From Antedon mediterranea (taxonomy: Eukaryota; Animalia; Echinodermata), in assembly GCF_964355755.1 (NCBI RefSeq), contig NC_092677.1, forward strand, positions 5,478,101 to 5,542,100: a stretch of 64,000 nucleotides of DNA, given 5' to 3'. The notes beneath the pieces were generated by a model. That model was not told the DNA's origin. It searched no databases and saw only the letters and a program-made list of their open reading frames with translations. Positions 14,901-26,900 of this stretch are shown one piece after another. Made by a program: the position numbers and the translations under genes. Numbering within the stretch: the first letter of the stretch is position 1; each line of letters opens with the position of its first letter.

Positions 14901-17900
14901 GGAAGTGATCTTCATGCTGCTGATGCTATCTACCATCGCCAATGCTATAGAAATTTTCAATCTGGTCTGGCCATTCCTGTTCGATTCCAATCATCTACTG
15001 GAGAACCGGCAAAGCGAAAAAGATCTGGAAGGCCAATAGATGAAGGTCAAGCACAAGCATTTTCTCAAGTATGTTCTTTCCTTGAAAGTAATGATGAAGA
15101 ACAGTTAACGATATCAAACTTAAAAGGTATGAACATATATTCACAATCTTACTTAGAGTTTAACTATTAATATATTGTAAAAAAGGAAGGTAAAGGTGGC
15201 TGCCGCAGCCGGAGTGCCCATCTCTCTTTCTTTAACGTTTGGGCCAGACTGTACAATGCAACTCCTCCCGCACAAAGAGTCTGTTTACCTTCCTAGCAAG
15301 CGCTGGTCCATTTATACACCTGGATGAAGAGGGACAAACGTTGATAAAGTTCCTTGTTTAAGGAAACACCCCAAGTGCCAAATCCCAACCTCACGATCAA
15401 GAGACCGTCTCCCTACTCGCTGTGCCACCTGACTTCCACTTGTATACAATATGCAAACAGATGTTATTTTAAATATTTCTTTACTATTTGTTCACAGAAA
15501 GAATGAAAGAGTTCATAGATGATGAATCAGAACCATACACCAACAAACACATGAAGAATAGGCTAAGGGAGAGATACCAGGATAAAATTTGCATTTCTGA
15601 AGGTGATGGGTATAATGATTTGGTCAATTACCTGAGATCTGCATACTTCTATCTACAACAAATGAACAGACTCAAAGACGATCATCCTGATGTATATGAC
15701 CGCTTTTGCAAAGGCTTGAATGTGGTACGTCGAACAAATAAATTCTGGGCTGGTGTAAGTTGTGACCTCGCTATCGAGCAAACCCTGATGCGGTCGGTAA
15801 AAAGCACAGGAGGTCTAACCAGAGGCAGTAAGATGAGTGAACATTCAAGAATGTTGTGGGTTCTTACAAGGCCATGTATGTCAGCATTCAATGAATCCAT
15901 GCAGTCATTTACTAATAAAACGTTTGCAACCAGTGATCAACACAAAGAGGCTGCGCCTTCTAGTATACACAGAGATACAATTGATACTGATAAATTGCTA
16001 GCTAAACTCAACGGATGTTCACCATTTTCAATGGAACTAACCCTTCGTAATATCGTAAATGGTATGGTAGCTAATGATGATGTCAATGTTCTTCAATATC
16101 AAATGGTAGCTGAAAGTGTCATCTCTCAAATGAAGCAACAGTTAGTCTTCTCACATAAATTTAAAAGAAAGGAAAGAGCCAGGACACTAGCTGAAGTGCC
16201 ATTGTTGTTGCACCTGACAGATCTATAGATCCTGGACTCTTATTTCAAAGATGTCTCATTGTGTCACAAACTGGGAGCCTGTCTTTGGAAGAAATGCTTA
16301 CGTTTGAACTGAGTCCCTTTCCCCCATCATTGTTTGAAGGAAAGAATTTGCTCCGGAAAGCAGACAAGCCGCAATTGCTTCACGCAATTATTGATCAAGG
16401 ACAAAAGAAATCGTCAGACATATTACTATGTCAAAATGCCGTCCCCAAAACTGACATCTATGTCTTCGATGGAGGTTCTTTAATACACCGACTGCCATGG
16501 AAGAAGGGCGAGTTATACCATGAAATTATTACGTCTTATTGCAAGCTAGTTAGAAAGTATGCATCCACAATAGTAGTGTTTGATGGCTATGGAACACCAA
16601 CAACAAAAGATGTTACACACTTGAGGCGTGGAAAAGCTGACCACTTAGATGTCAAATTTGACGAATCTACAGTATTTGACACAAAGAAAGAGAAATTTTT
16701 GAGTAATACCAACAACAAACAAAGATTTATCAACATGCTTGGAAAAGAGCTTGAGTCAGTAGGTGTAGAAGTCATCCATGCACCGGGTGATGCTGATGTT
16801 CTCATAGCAACTACTGCTATTAATGCTGCCAAGAATAAATCAGTCACACTCATAGGAGAGGATACAGACCTTCTTATCCTCCTTTTGCATCATACCCGTC
16901 TAAGCTTGAATAGGATAATTTTTAGATCCGACAAAGCATCAGCTACAAAAGCGACAGATATCATCCCCTTAAAGAAAGCACTTGGATCTAACCTTTGTTC
17001 AAAGCTCCTGTTTTGTCATGCCCTTACAGGATGCGATACGACCTCAAGAATATATGGCGTTGGAAAGAAGGCAGCTTTTAAAAAGCTGCTTGGTGATGAT
17101 AAAGTTCTAAGCTCTTGTGCCAAAGTCTTGACATCCAATTGTCAAACTAAGAAAAAGATTGAAGAATATGGTCGGAAAGCGATGGTGGCTCTCTTTGGAG
17201 GAAGTAGCAGTGAAACATTATTAAGTTCGAGGAGGAAAATTTTTAACAAGAAGGTTGCTGGTTCCAAATCATTTGTTGGGCCTGAAAGACTACCACCTAC
17301 TGATTGTGCAACCGATTTTCATAGTCAAAGGGTATATTTGCAGATTATGACATGGTCTATGAATGATACAGATATGGTGTTATCGGAGTGGGGATGGAAG
17401 GAAGAAGACAACCGCCTAGTTCCACAAATGACAACCGAGGATGCTGCACCACCTCATCTGCTCAAAATGATACATTGCAATTGTAAGACTGGATGTGGTA
17501 CACCTCGATGTGGCTGCAGACGATATGGCCTACAGTGTACATCTACATGTGGATCATGCCAGCTAGAAGGATGCGAAAATTGCCCAATAATTGACATCGA
17601 AGGCGACATTGATGATGATGAAAGTGATGACGAGTAGTGTATCCAACTGATGGTGTTAGAGGATGATAAGTAAATTCTCCAAATAGTATGTATGCAATTA
17701 TCTGTTATATTTTAATGTACACTGTGTTAAAGAGAGCGATACAATTTCAATTTTAAATGTGGAATAAAATGCTTTAATAAATGGATGGTAACCACTGCCA
17801 CTTGCCATACTGCTGTTTGATTGTAATGGTTTTGATCAAAACATCATCATGTGATGGTAAATTATCATTTCAAAAGCAGTTACTATTATAGTAAGCCATT

Positions 17901-20900
17901 ACAATCGTTAAACATTATTTATAGTATTTTATTCATTATTTGTATTTTCCTTAGTTACGGTTGCTAGGGTAATGCCATATTTATAAAATATTATCATCAA
18001 TATGATTGCACATGAACAAACAATGCACATGCACATTTTGAATAAGATTGATAGACCTGAAAACATTAAATTTTATTTTATTAATTATTTAATTTTATTT
18101 ATTTATTTGTTATTGTTACCATGGCAACCACATTCCTATTCCAGTGGCAATATGTTGTGTTGATATAAGGGGATCTCTCAGTACATAATTCATCAGTTTT
18201 AACATTTCAAACACAATATAACTATTTTTTATTAATTATTTTAATTTTCCTTAGTTACGCATAGCAACGGTTGCTATGGTAACATGATTATTGATAAATA
18301 AGATGATCAATGGAATTCACTTTAGTCATATGATAAATACACAAAGTTTGCCTAAGATTGATTGATATTAAGATATTTTAATTAATTTATGTTAATTTCC
18401 ACTTAATTTGACCTCAAATGACCCCTTCGGAGGGTCCGATTTCTCGGGACTTTTTTTCTGTGACTAATGACATAGAGTAGAATCCAAAAACGTTGAAAAA
18501 CCTTTGTACGCAATTATTTCTAGGTTAAACCTTATTTTCCATCCACTAATAATAAATCTCCGATAGAGGCAATGTGTCAAATTTTGACAAACGTTCGCTG
18601 CCTAGGCCCGTCATTTCTCCTACGAAGCTCTTCCATACACGCTTCGAGAGCGATCGTCAGCTGGTGCTGTCCTTGTTGGTGTAGACCGTTTAGGAATACA
18701 CCCCGTTTAGTAGTAGGCCTAGCTGGTCGGTGGTGTTTCCGTCGTGTAACATTGGGCTCAAATTCTTCGTCAATGAGTAAAATAATGGTCGTCAGGAGAA
18801 GGCATATTTCGGCAGGATTATCGGCGTTAAGAGGCATAAGGTTTGTCGCAAGGATAAGCAGTGTAAAAGGTAGCAAGTAATTGTTATTGTAAAGAAAGAT
18901 CGCGAGTAAAAAATATACAACACGAAACTAGCGTGCGAAAATGGGGTCGTAGGTTGTAAAGACAACTGACCTTAAAACGTAATTTCCGGTTTGTGATTCG
19001 TAGATTAAGCATTTAAGCGGTTAAATATTTCAAGTACGAACAACGCTCAATTTATAACCCGAGGCATGTTAGATAAATTTTCACTGATGAGGAGAGCCTC
19101 ACTTGGGTGTAATAAAAGCTCTTAACCACAAATTCTGATGATTTATGACTCCTTAATCACTGATGTCCAGTGGTACAAGGCCACATAGAAACTGTACTTA
19201 CTATAAAAATGTATAGCAGTCCCAGTGAAGCAGATTTGTGTTACAAGAACCCTGCTCTGTTTGGGTAAACAGGATACCTCATTACAATTTTGACAGGTTA
19301 AATAACCTTGGTTCAAAAAATGGGTCATGAGTTTTAATTTTATTTTTTTACAAATTTTATTTCAATTCACACTCTACCCACCTGGAATACATATCAATAC
19401 GAGACAACAAGAACACCGACAAAACAAAGCATTCTAATAAACCTACAACAAACATTTCTTAATTTTTGATTTAAATAAAGATAAACAATTATAGAAAATA
19501 TCAATAATGCTTCTTTTTTATAGATGTATTGTCCCCTTTTGGCATTAAATTACATTTTTTTAGGTAAATAAATGTATCCAATTTTTGGTCAAACTGGATA
19601 ACTATTATGTGACATTAAAATGGCATATATTCATTTTTTATTTTTTAAGGGGAACAATATATCTTTAATGATTTATCATCTTATATTTGATGTACAGTAT
19701 ATGGATGTATATACGGCACTCTGGTATTTTTTTGGAAGGTAGCCTTATAAGTACCATATTATTATAAATTATAATAATACATACAGTAACAACAACAACA
19801 TCTGAATGGGTGGGGGGATGATTGTTTTTGAGCTCAACTATTTATCATCGAGTCAGAAGGCAATGGGAACCCATTGAGAAATTTTAAATACCATATCTCT
19901 TCACCTTCTTCCTCTGATGTAATGACCTCTTAGTATAATGTTTCCAAAAAGACACTAAACATTTTTTTCCCTTGACCTGATATATTCTTTAATTTCTAGT
20001 GGTCCATGGTCAATTGGTGACAGCATCTAACCAGACAGCTAAAGACGGTGATGCTGAAGTGGTGATAACTTGTAATTATTCACAAGTTACTTCTATACCT
20101 GATGGAATTAAATGGGATGAAGTAAATGAAAATGGAGGAATTATCAACCCAGGAATTGTGAATAATAATAAGAAGGAAAATGGACGCTTTACGTTACACA
20201 CTGATCCTGCTCGTTTTAAAGCTAGCCTGGTGATGTCACACCCTTTGAGAAACGATTCTCAAAGAATATTTCAATGTCAGATAACAACAAGAAGTGGAAA
20301 TATTCAATTATCAAATCCATCTATTTTAACTGTGTATTGTGAGTAGATTTAAGTTTTGTTCTAATATTACAAGCATTGCTACCATGACATTGTACATCAA
20401 TAGAAAGCTATCTTTTCAAATATATAGTTTATATTTTTTCACAGATTTGGAACAGCCACTTCTTTTTGCCTCAGGTAGTGTTATCAACGAAGGTCAATCA
20501 GTGACCTTCACCTGTAGTGTACCTGATGGTGATCATATTCCTTACATTACTTGGTATAAAGATGGACAGACAGTCAACACAAACAACCCTTCTAGATATG
20601 AGATTGCAAATAACAATACAGAGTCAGTTCTTAAGATTAAATCAGCTACTGAAGAAGATGGTGGGAGATATACATGTAAAGCAGAAAGTGATCAGTTTAA
20701 AGGAGATGATGCTAAAACAAGTGAAGGAAAAAACTTGATCATAATTGGATATAGTATGTAAACATTAGTTTAACAATACAAATATTTTTAATGGTTTTTC
20801 TATAGCTAATACAAATTTGGTGGAATGGTTGGGTTTTTTTTACACAATCATTAGATTTTTGATAATTCTTAAAATGTGTACCCAACTCTCTACTCTCTTT

Positions 20901-23900
20901 CCTCCTGCACGTACACAATGGTGTTTTATACATTTTTGTGGAAATAAATGAATTGAAAGATTAATTTGTATTGACAGTTGATTTTGTCACTTTTTTAGAT
21001 GTCACTGTTAAAAAGCCTAATGACACAACAACACTGAAGAATTGTGAAGAAGGTAATTTTTCATTACTCATGGTAATATTTTACATTCTGCTACCAAAGT
21101 GGTTCACCTATTGTGGTTGTAAGACATTATTCTTTCTACCCTGCTTGTTCACACAATATCTCACTACGTTTGTCTAAATGCTGTTTACAAATTTAAAAAA
21201 AAGAATTTTGTCGGTTTGTAAATTTATAGGTTAAAATGATTCCTTATTTACTTGGAATAATAGCCTGATTATATTATAGTTTCTTAATGTTTTTAGTTAC
21301 ATTTTTATCAACTTAAGTTAGTGCCTTCTGGATCAGAGTTAAGTCTAAACATAGTCTGTTTTTGTTTGTGTGTACATTATGTTACCAAATAATTATTTGT
21401 GCATGTTGAACGGTCCTGAGATTTGGTGGTCACATCTTTTGCATCATGTCATTCATCATCATCGACTGTCCTGTCAAAGCTGCCATTAAGAAAATAATGG
21501 CACCTTTTCTCATGTCATTTTACAAAATCCCATGCACATATAACTGCCTTGCTGCTGCTTGTGCACAGTACATACAACTTGAAAGCTTGCATTATCAGTG
21601 ACGAATACATATCTAGTTCCACACTTTAAATATTAAGTTTTCTTTTCTTGCTTATTACTGGCTAAAGCTTTTATATTTTCATTTATTGTATATTTATAGT
21701 ATAATATAGTAATATTTATATCATTATCAAACTCATATTTGTAGCCAGTTTTGTATTGTATAACAATTAGCCCTATATATATATTAACAACAATACAATG
21801 TAAAATATAATAATAAAAACAATATATGAAATATTAAAAATGTGTCTTCATTACACTGAAGTCAAATAACCCACCCCTAATAAACAGTAAAAACATACTG
21901 TATGGAGAATATTGATTATTGAATACAATTTTCAATGAATACTCCTCATTGTGATGTTCACATTAGCTGATCTTGTCACCTTTTTTTAGATATTCATATT
22001 ACTTTTACATCTGAAGATGGTTTAGCAACATGTACAGCAGAGGGCCATCCCAAGCCATCATCAGTATTGATATTACAAGAGGGAGAAGGGGTTGAGAAAG
22101 GAGAAAATACAGCAACTATAGAAATTAATGATGAGATATGTCAATCAAGTCTTACATGTTATGCAGAGAATGGAAAGCTTAATAAAACAATGACACTAGA
22201 GAATTGTACAAAAGGTAATATTGCTTGGTTTAAACATAAATTGGTTGAGTCCATTATTTATGGAAGTGTTCACTATTTAAAGGGGGGTTCCGAGTTTAAA
22301 ATGAATAGTAAAAAATGTAAAATATATTTGTTTGTCTCTTGAACGGTAAAAGTTTCAATTTATATAAGCGCCCAGTGAAGCAGAACGAAGGCTGTGAAAT
22401 GAGGCCAGATTACAAGTGCAGCTACGGCAAAATCACACTGTGGTTACAGAATAGGAAATTCGTGAAATGGTCAATCTTTCGACGACTCGTTATCATTAAC
22501 CATATCAATTACTTTTGTAAAATTATACTTATCTGAGGTAATTTTAGTCGGTCTTCCCATTTTTAAAGTCAATTTTCTATGAAAATTCATCAAAACTGTG
22601 AAAAATTAGATATGTTTGCACTTTACGTTTGGCGATTTTCGCACTGACTTAGGGAAAGCCTTCAAATTCAATGAAGCGTAACGTATACATTCCTGCTGAG
22701 CGAGACGACGATACACGTGCTCTCTCTGCCCATGCCTGGCATCGTCACGTGATAAGCAGATACAGTATACAATACCAAACTGGTCGGGTTGAGTATACCC
22801 GTCTATAATCACAAACATGAACGATGTACAGTATTTGATTGAAGGTCGACTCGACCTACCGGAATGGTATAGATAATATAGCTCGAATGAGAGAGTTGGA
22901 ATATTTGTAAACATAAGTATTGCTAATTTTAACAAGTGTAGCCTATAGTAAAAGGCCTGGTAGTATCAATTCGCATAGGGTCTACTACACTAGCTAGCTC
23001 AATTTTTAACTGGGTCGGATCGGCTAGGTCTCCTTCCTACTACCTGGTCTACTTGCTTGATGCAGTATCCGCTTTTTTGGAGAGTAAACTAGGCCTAGCT
23101 ATGTTAGGCCTTCTTTGACAATTGGGACACCATACGTGCGGACGGCGATCGGACCTTGTTTTGCCTCCATATTTACAGCCAATTTTGTAGAACGTTTTAG
23201 GTTTAGAATAGATTGTTAGGAGTTTGGTTGATAGGATGGGTTTGGAATCCACTGAGTTTTGTTATTTATGGGCCAATCGTTTAGTAGTAGGCTAGCTATA
23301 GGCCCATGATATTATGGGCCCTAATGTTTTAACGTAGCCATCGTGGCATGGAATTCCTAGTCAGAATGACTCTCACCCATGGAAAAAAAAATGATCTAGG
23401 CTAGGCCTAGCCTAGTACGTGAAGCCGATAATACGATCTGTACTATTCGAGGTATAAAAATAGTATAATTTATGACTCCGTAATCTGTACTAAATTTTGT
23501 CAAATAAATATATGCTACTACTGTTAGTGTTATTATTACACGTTAGGCCTAGCTTAGAAAATCTACAAAAAATGTATTTCACAATGATCGGGTGGTCGTC
23601 GTTTGACCAAAGAACTTATAACACAAGAATCTCCTGTTCTTCAATTTGCATTCAAAACACAGTATCGGAAGTACAGGGTTAAAAGGTCAAACTGGGCGAC
23701 GCCATTTCACAGCATGGAGCAGCACCCCCTCCAAACTAGGAAGTCAATTACTCTACCCCCCCTAGAGTATTAGCAGATTCCCTCTATGATTTTGACTTTC
23801 TAATTTGATGCGGGCGCCCTACTCCTCAGTCAATTACTCTATCCCCGGGCCCCTAGAGTATTAGCAGATCCCCTCTATGATTTTGACTTTCTAATTTGAT

Positions 23901-26900
23901 GCGGGCGCCCTACTCCTCAGTCAATTACTCTATCCTCCCTAGAGCATTAGCAGATCCCCTCTATGATTTTGACTTTCTAATTTGATGCGGGCGCCCTACT
24001 CCATGGCTCACAATGGCGCCACCCATAGCTCTATTCTATCCCACAATGCCTTTCGAAATTGTTACGAGCTTCGGACGAACAGGAGATTCTTGTGTTATAA
24101 GTTCTTTGGTTTGACAGAGGAACGTACATGACGTCGCGAGTTTGGAATCCACTGATGACGAGATTTTGTGAATATCTCATGAATATTAATGAGCTTCCCT
24201 AAGCTGCTGAAAAACAGACTTTCCATGAATTTACCCTAAGATGTATATGAAATTTAATTTTTTAAATTTCTCGTTATTACTTCTTCATTCTGACATGTCT
24301 ATATTGTTTTAATATTTTTTATTTAATAAATAAACGATATTTAAAAGCAATTTTAAACCCAGAATCCCCCTTTAAGGAACCTATTAATGTGTCTCGATGA
24401 CTGTGTAGTCTAAATGTTTATTTAGTTTACCTAAATTGAAAATTGTGTATTCTGTATTGTTGGTTTTGAGGTACCTGTATTATTTGATGTGATGTTATGT
24501 CCAATTTGGCATAGAGTCAACAACTTTATTTTGCCAAACTGGCAAGTCAGCAACTTGGTCGAATGGCTTGTGCAGGCCTAGATCCAGCATAACATACTGT
24601 AGGTCCAGTATTTTGATTATTGCACATGTCAACGACTTACAATTATCCAGAAACTTACTACAGTTTCGAGAACCATCTGTGTACACGTACTAGAGGGTAA
24701 ACGAGCGCATTCTATAGTAAGTGTACACAGATGATATAACAAAAAAAGTTGTCATTACCCAAAATACAATATGCTCAGGTGGTCAAACGTTCAAGACGCT
24801 ACAGTAGTAGAACCAATGTCAACGACGGTGAATCGAATAACTGTTCTTTTAGCGTTGCAGCTAAAAGTTGCACGGTACTAACTACTGTAGTTATTATGGC
24901 ATGAACAAAATTTTTCTTCTTTTTGCTGCCAAAAATTTGGGGGTAATTTATTAATGTGCTATTAATCAGTTCAAATTCAAAAAGACATTTATTTTCCTCC
25001 ATAGCAATACAATACAAAATAATAAACAGAAGTGGTAAGGTATATTAAAAATGAAATAGATGATTGTTGGATATACAAAAGAAAAGTGAATTTAAGAAAA
25101 TTGGCTATGAAGGAAGGCATAATCCCGAGAAGATGAGGAAATCTTGTGCTGGGTATGCCTATGCAAATAAAATGGATAATTGAATAAGAGAAACAAACAA
25201 GACAAAAAAACGCACACAAAAAATAAAAAATAAAAAAATTATTAAATAAATAAATAAATTAAAAAAAATAGATCAATCAAATTGTAAAATCAGAAATAAA
25301 AACTCAAAAACCACAGTAGTTCAATGTTCAGCAGCATAAATCAAATTGTGACATTCGATTGTTGTCTTTTTAATAGTTTAACATTAGGTGTTGTTTTAAT
25401 TTTTTGGAAAATAAAGAAATTGAAACAGCATTTGTAATTGGGGGTGGTAAACTGTTCATCATTGATGGACCGGAGTATCTAATACTGTTTTGAAAATAAT
25501 TGGTGTTGTGGATAGGTATGTGTATATCAGTTCTAGAACGTGTAGGGTAATTGTGAATAGAAAAATTTGGAATAAACATATTGTTTAAATGATTTGGAGA
25601 AGTGGAATGCAGGGCGGAGAATACAAATTTTCCTTGTTGCATTAAGTTTATATCAATGAGTTTGAGGAGATTAAGTTTGGAAAATAAATGGGAAGAATGG
25701 GACCGCGGTGGAGCGCCAGATATAATCCTGATAGCCTTCTTTTGTATAATTTGCAGTTTACTGAGGTTGGATATGTAAGTATTGGCCCTGACAATGTTAC
25801 AGTAGCTCAAATAGGGAAGAATGAGGGAGCAGTAAGTTGTTTTGCTCGCAGCAAAAACAGGCCTTTACAAAAAAGATACTTTTCTATTTCAATGGAAAAA
25901 GTGAATTTCTTTTCTTGTTACTGCAGTTAGTATAATTTTTTGTTAGAATTACAGTATTGTTATAAGAATGATACTTTCAATTTCGGTACTACAGTATAAT
26001 TGTTATTGATGTACTTTGTTCATATTGTTTCAATTTTACTATTGTTTTGTTTAAATATGTTACCATTTGGAGGAAATATATTTTTCACAAAGTTAGCGGA
26101 ATAGGCTTAACTTGATTTAAACATCTTACAGGAAATTATCAGAGTTATTTTAGTACCATTTAATTTTATCAACTTTTGAAATTCTTTATCCTTCGTATAG
26201 CAATTTTAGAAACATATTTGTGTTCAAGTAATCTGAGTTAAAGTTTCTTCTTTTTTTTCTGTTCTGTTGTGTGATCAGAATGCAGCCAAGTATTGAAGAT
26301 CTCTAGCAATCAGATTAATTTACATTCACAGCTGATCTTGTCTCCTTTTTTAGATATTACTGTTACTTTTACATCCGAAGATGGTTTAGCAACATGTACA
26401 GCAGAGGGCCATCCCAAGCCATCATCAGTATTAATATTACAAGATGGAGAAGTGGTTAAGAAAGGAGAATATAAAGCAACTATAAAAATTGATAAGATGT
26501 GTTATCTTACATGTTATGCAGAGAATGAAAAGATTAATGATACAACAACACTAGAGAACAGTAAAGAAGGTAATACATAGCAAATTTATAACTGGTATAG
26601 TAGTGTAGTATTCCTCAATAATTATACTGCAACCCTATGGTAGCCACAGGGCAGCTCCTACTTTGATTGACAGATTCAGACCTGTACTAAATTACTAACA
26701 TGTGCAATACACTTTATTTGTATAATATTAATAAGTTCTAAAGTGTTTTGAACTTTAGTACCAATTCGGCTCCCATAATGAATCTGACTTTGTCAGGGCG
26801 TGATATACTTTGAGAATGTTTATACACGAGTGGGTTATTGCATCATTGATGCTCTTGTTTACAATAATATTTTCCTTTTGCAATTGTAAAGGAAAAGTTT

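Larger units (their letters stand above)
13029..18548 (+). mobile_element. Academ (AcademX) DNA transposon, internally deleted
   Basis: Termini TAGTGGATGGAA...TTCCATCCACTA with about 150-170 bp imperfect TIRs. 3-bp TSD ATA (13026-13028, 18549-18551). Encodes an XPG/PIN-like nuclease and a C-terminal Cys-rich finger, as is established for AcademX. Confidence 0.9.
22281..24371. mobile_element. Non-autonomous Kolobok-like DNA transposon
   Basis: TTAA|AGGGGGGTTCCGAGTTTAAAAT...ATTTTAAACCCAGAATCCCCCT|TTAA: about 22-bp TIR, AG..CT ends and TTAA TSD. No transposase recognised. Confidence 0.8.

Noticed and set aside
16261-17637. Host FEN1/XPG/asteroid nuclease gene or domesticated gene
   Set aside because: It is enclosed by TIRs with a TSD, continuous with Academ-type upstream motifs, and disconnected from them by a frameshift.
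18572-18880. Overlapping opposite-strand ORFs of about 100 aa as a toxin-antitoxin-like or novel gene pair
   Set aside because: No recognisable motif or splice support. Locally higher GC makes stop-free frames likely; more probably a TE remnant.
23742-24002. Possible CRISPR-like array
   Set aside because: Units are contiguous tandem repeats of about 90 bp with no unique spacers, inside a MITE, in eukaryotic DNA with no cas genes.
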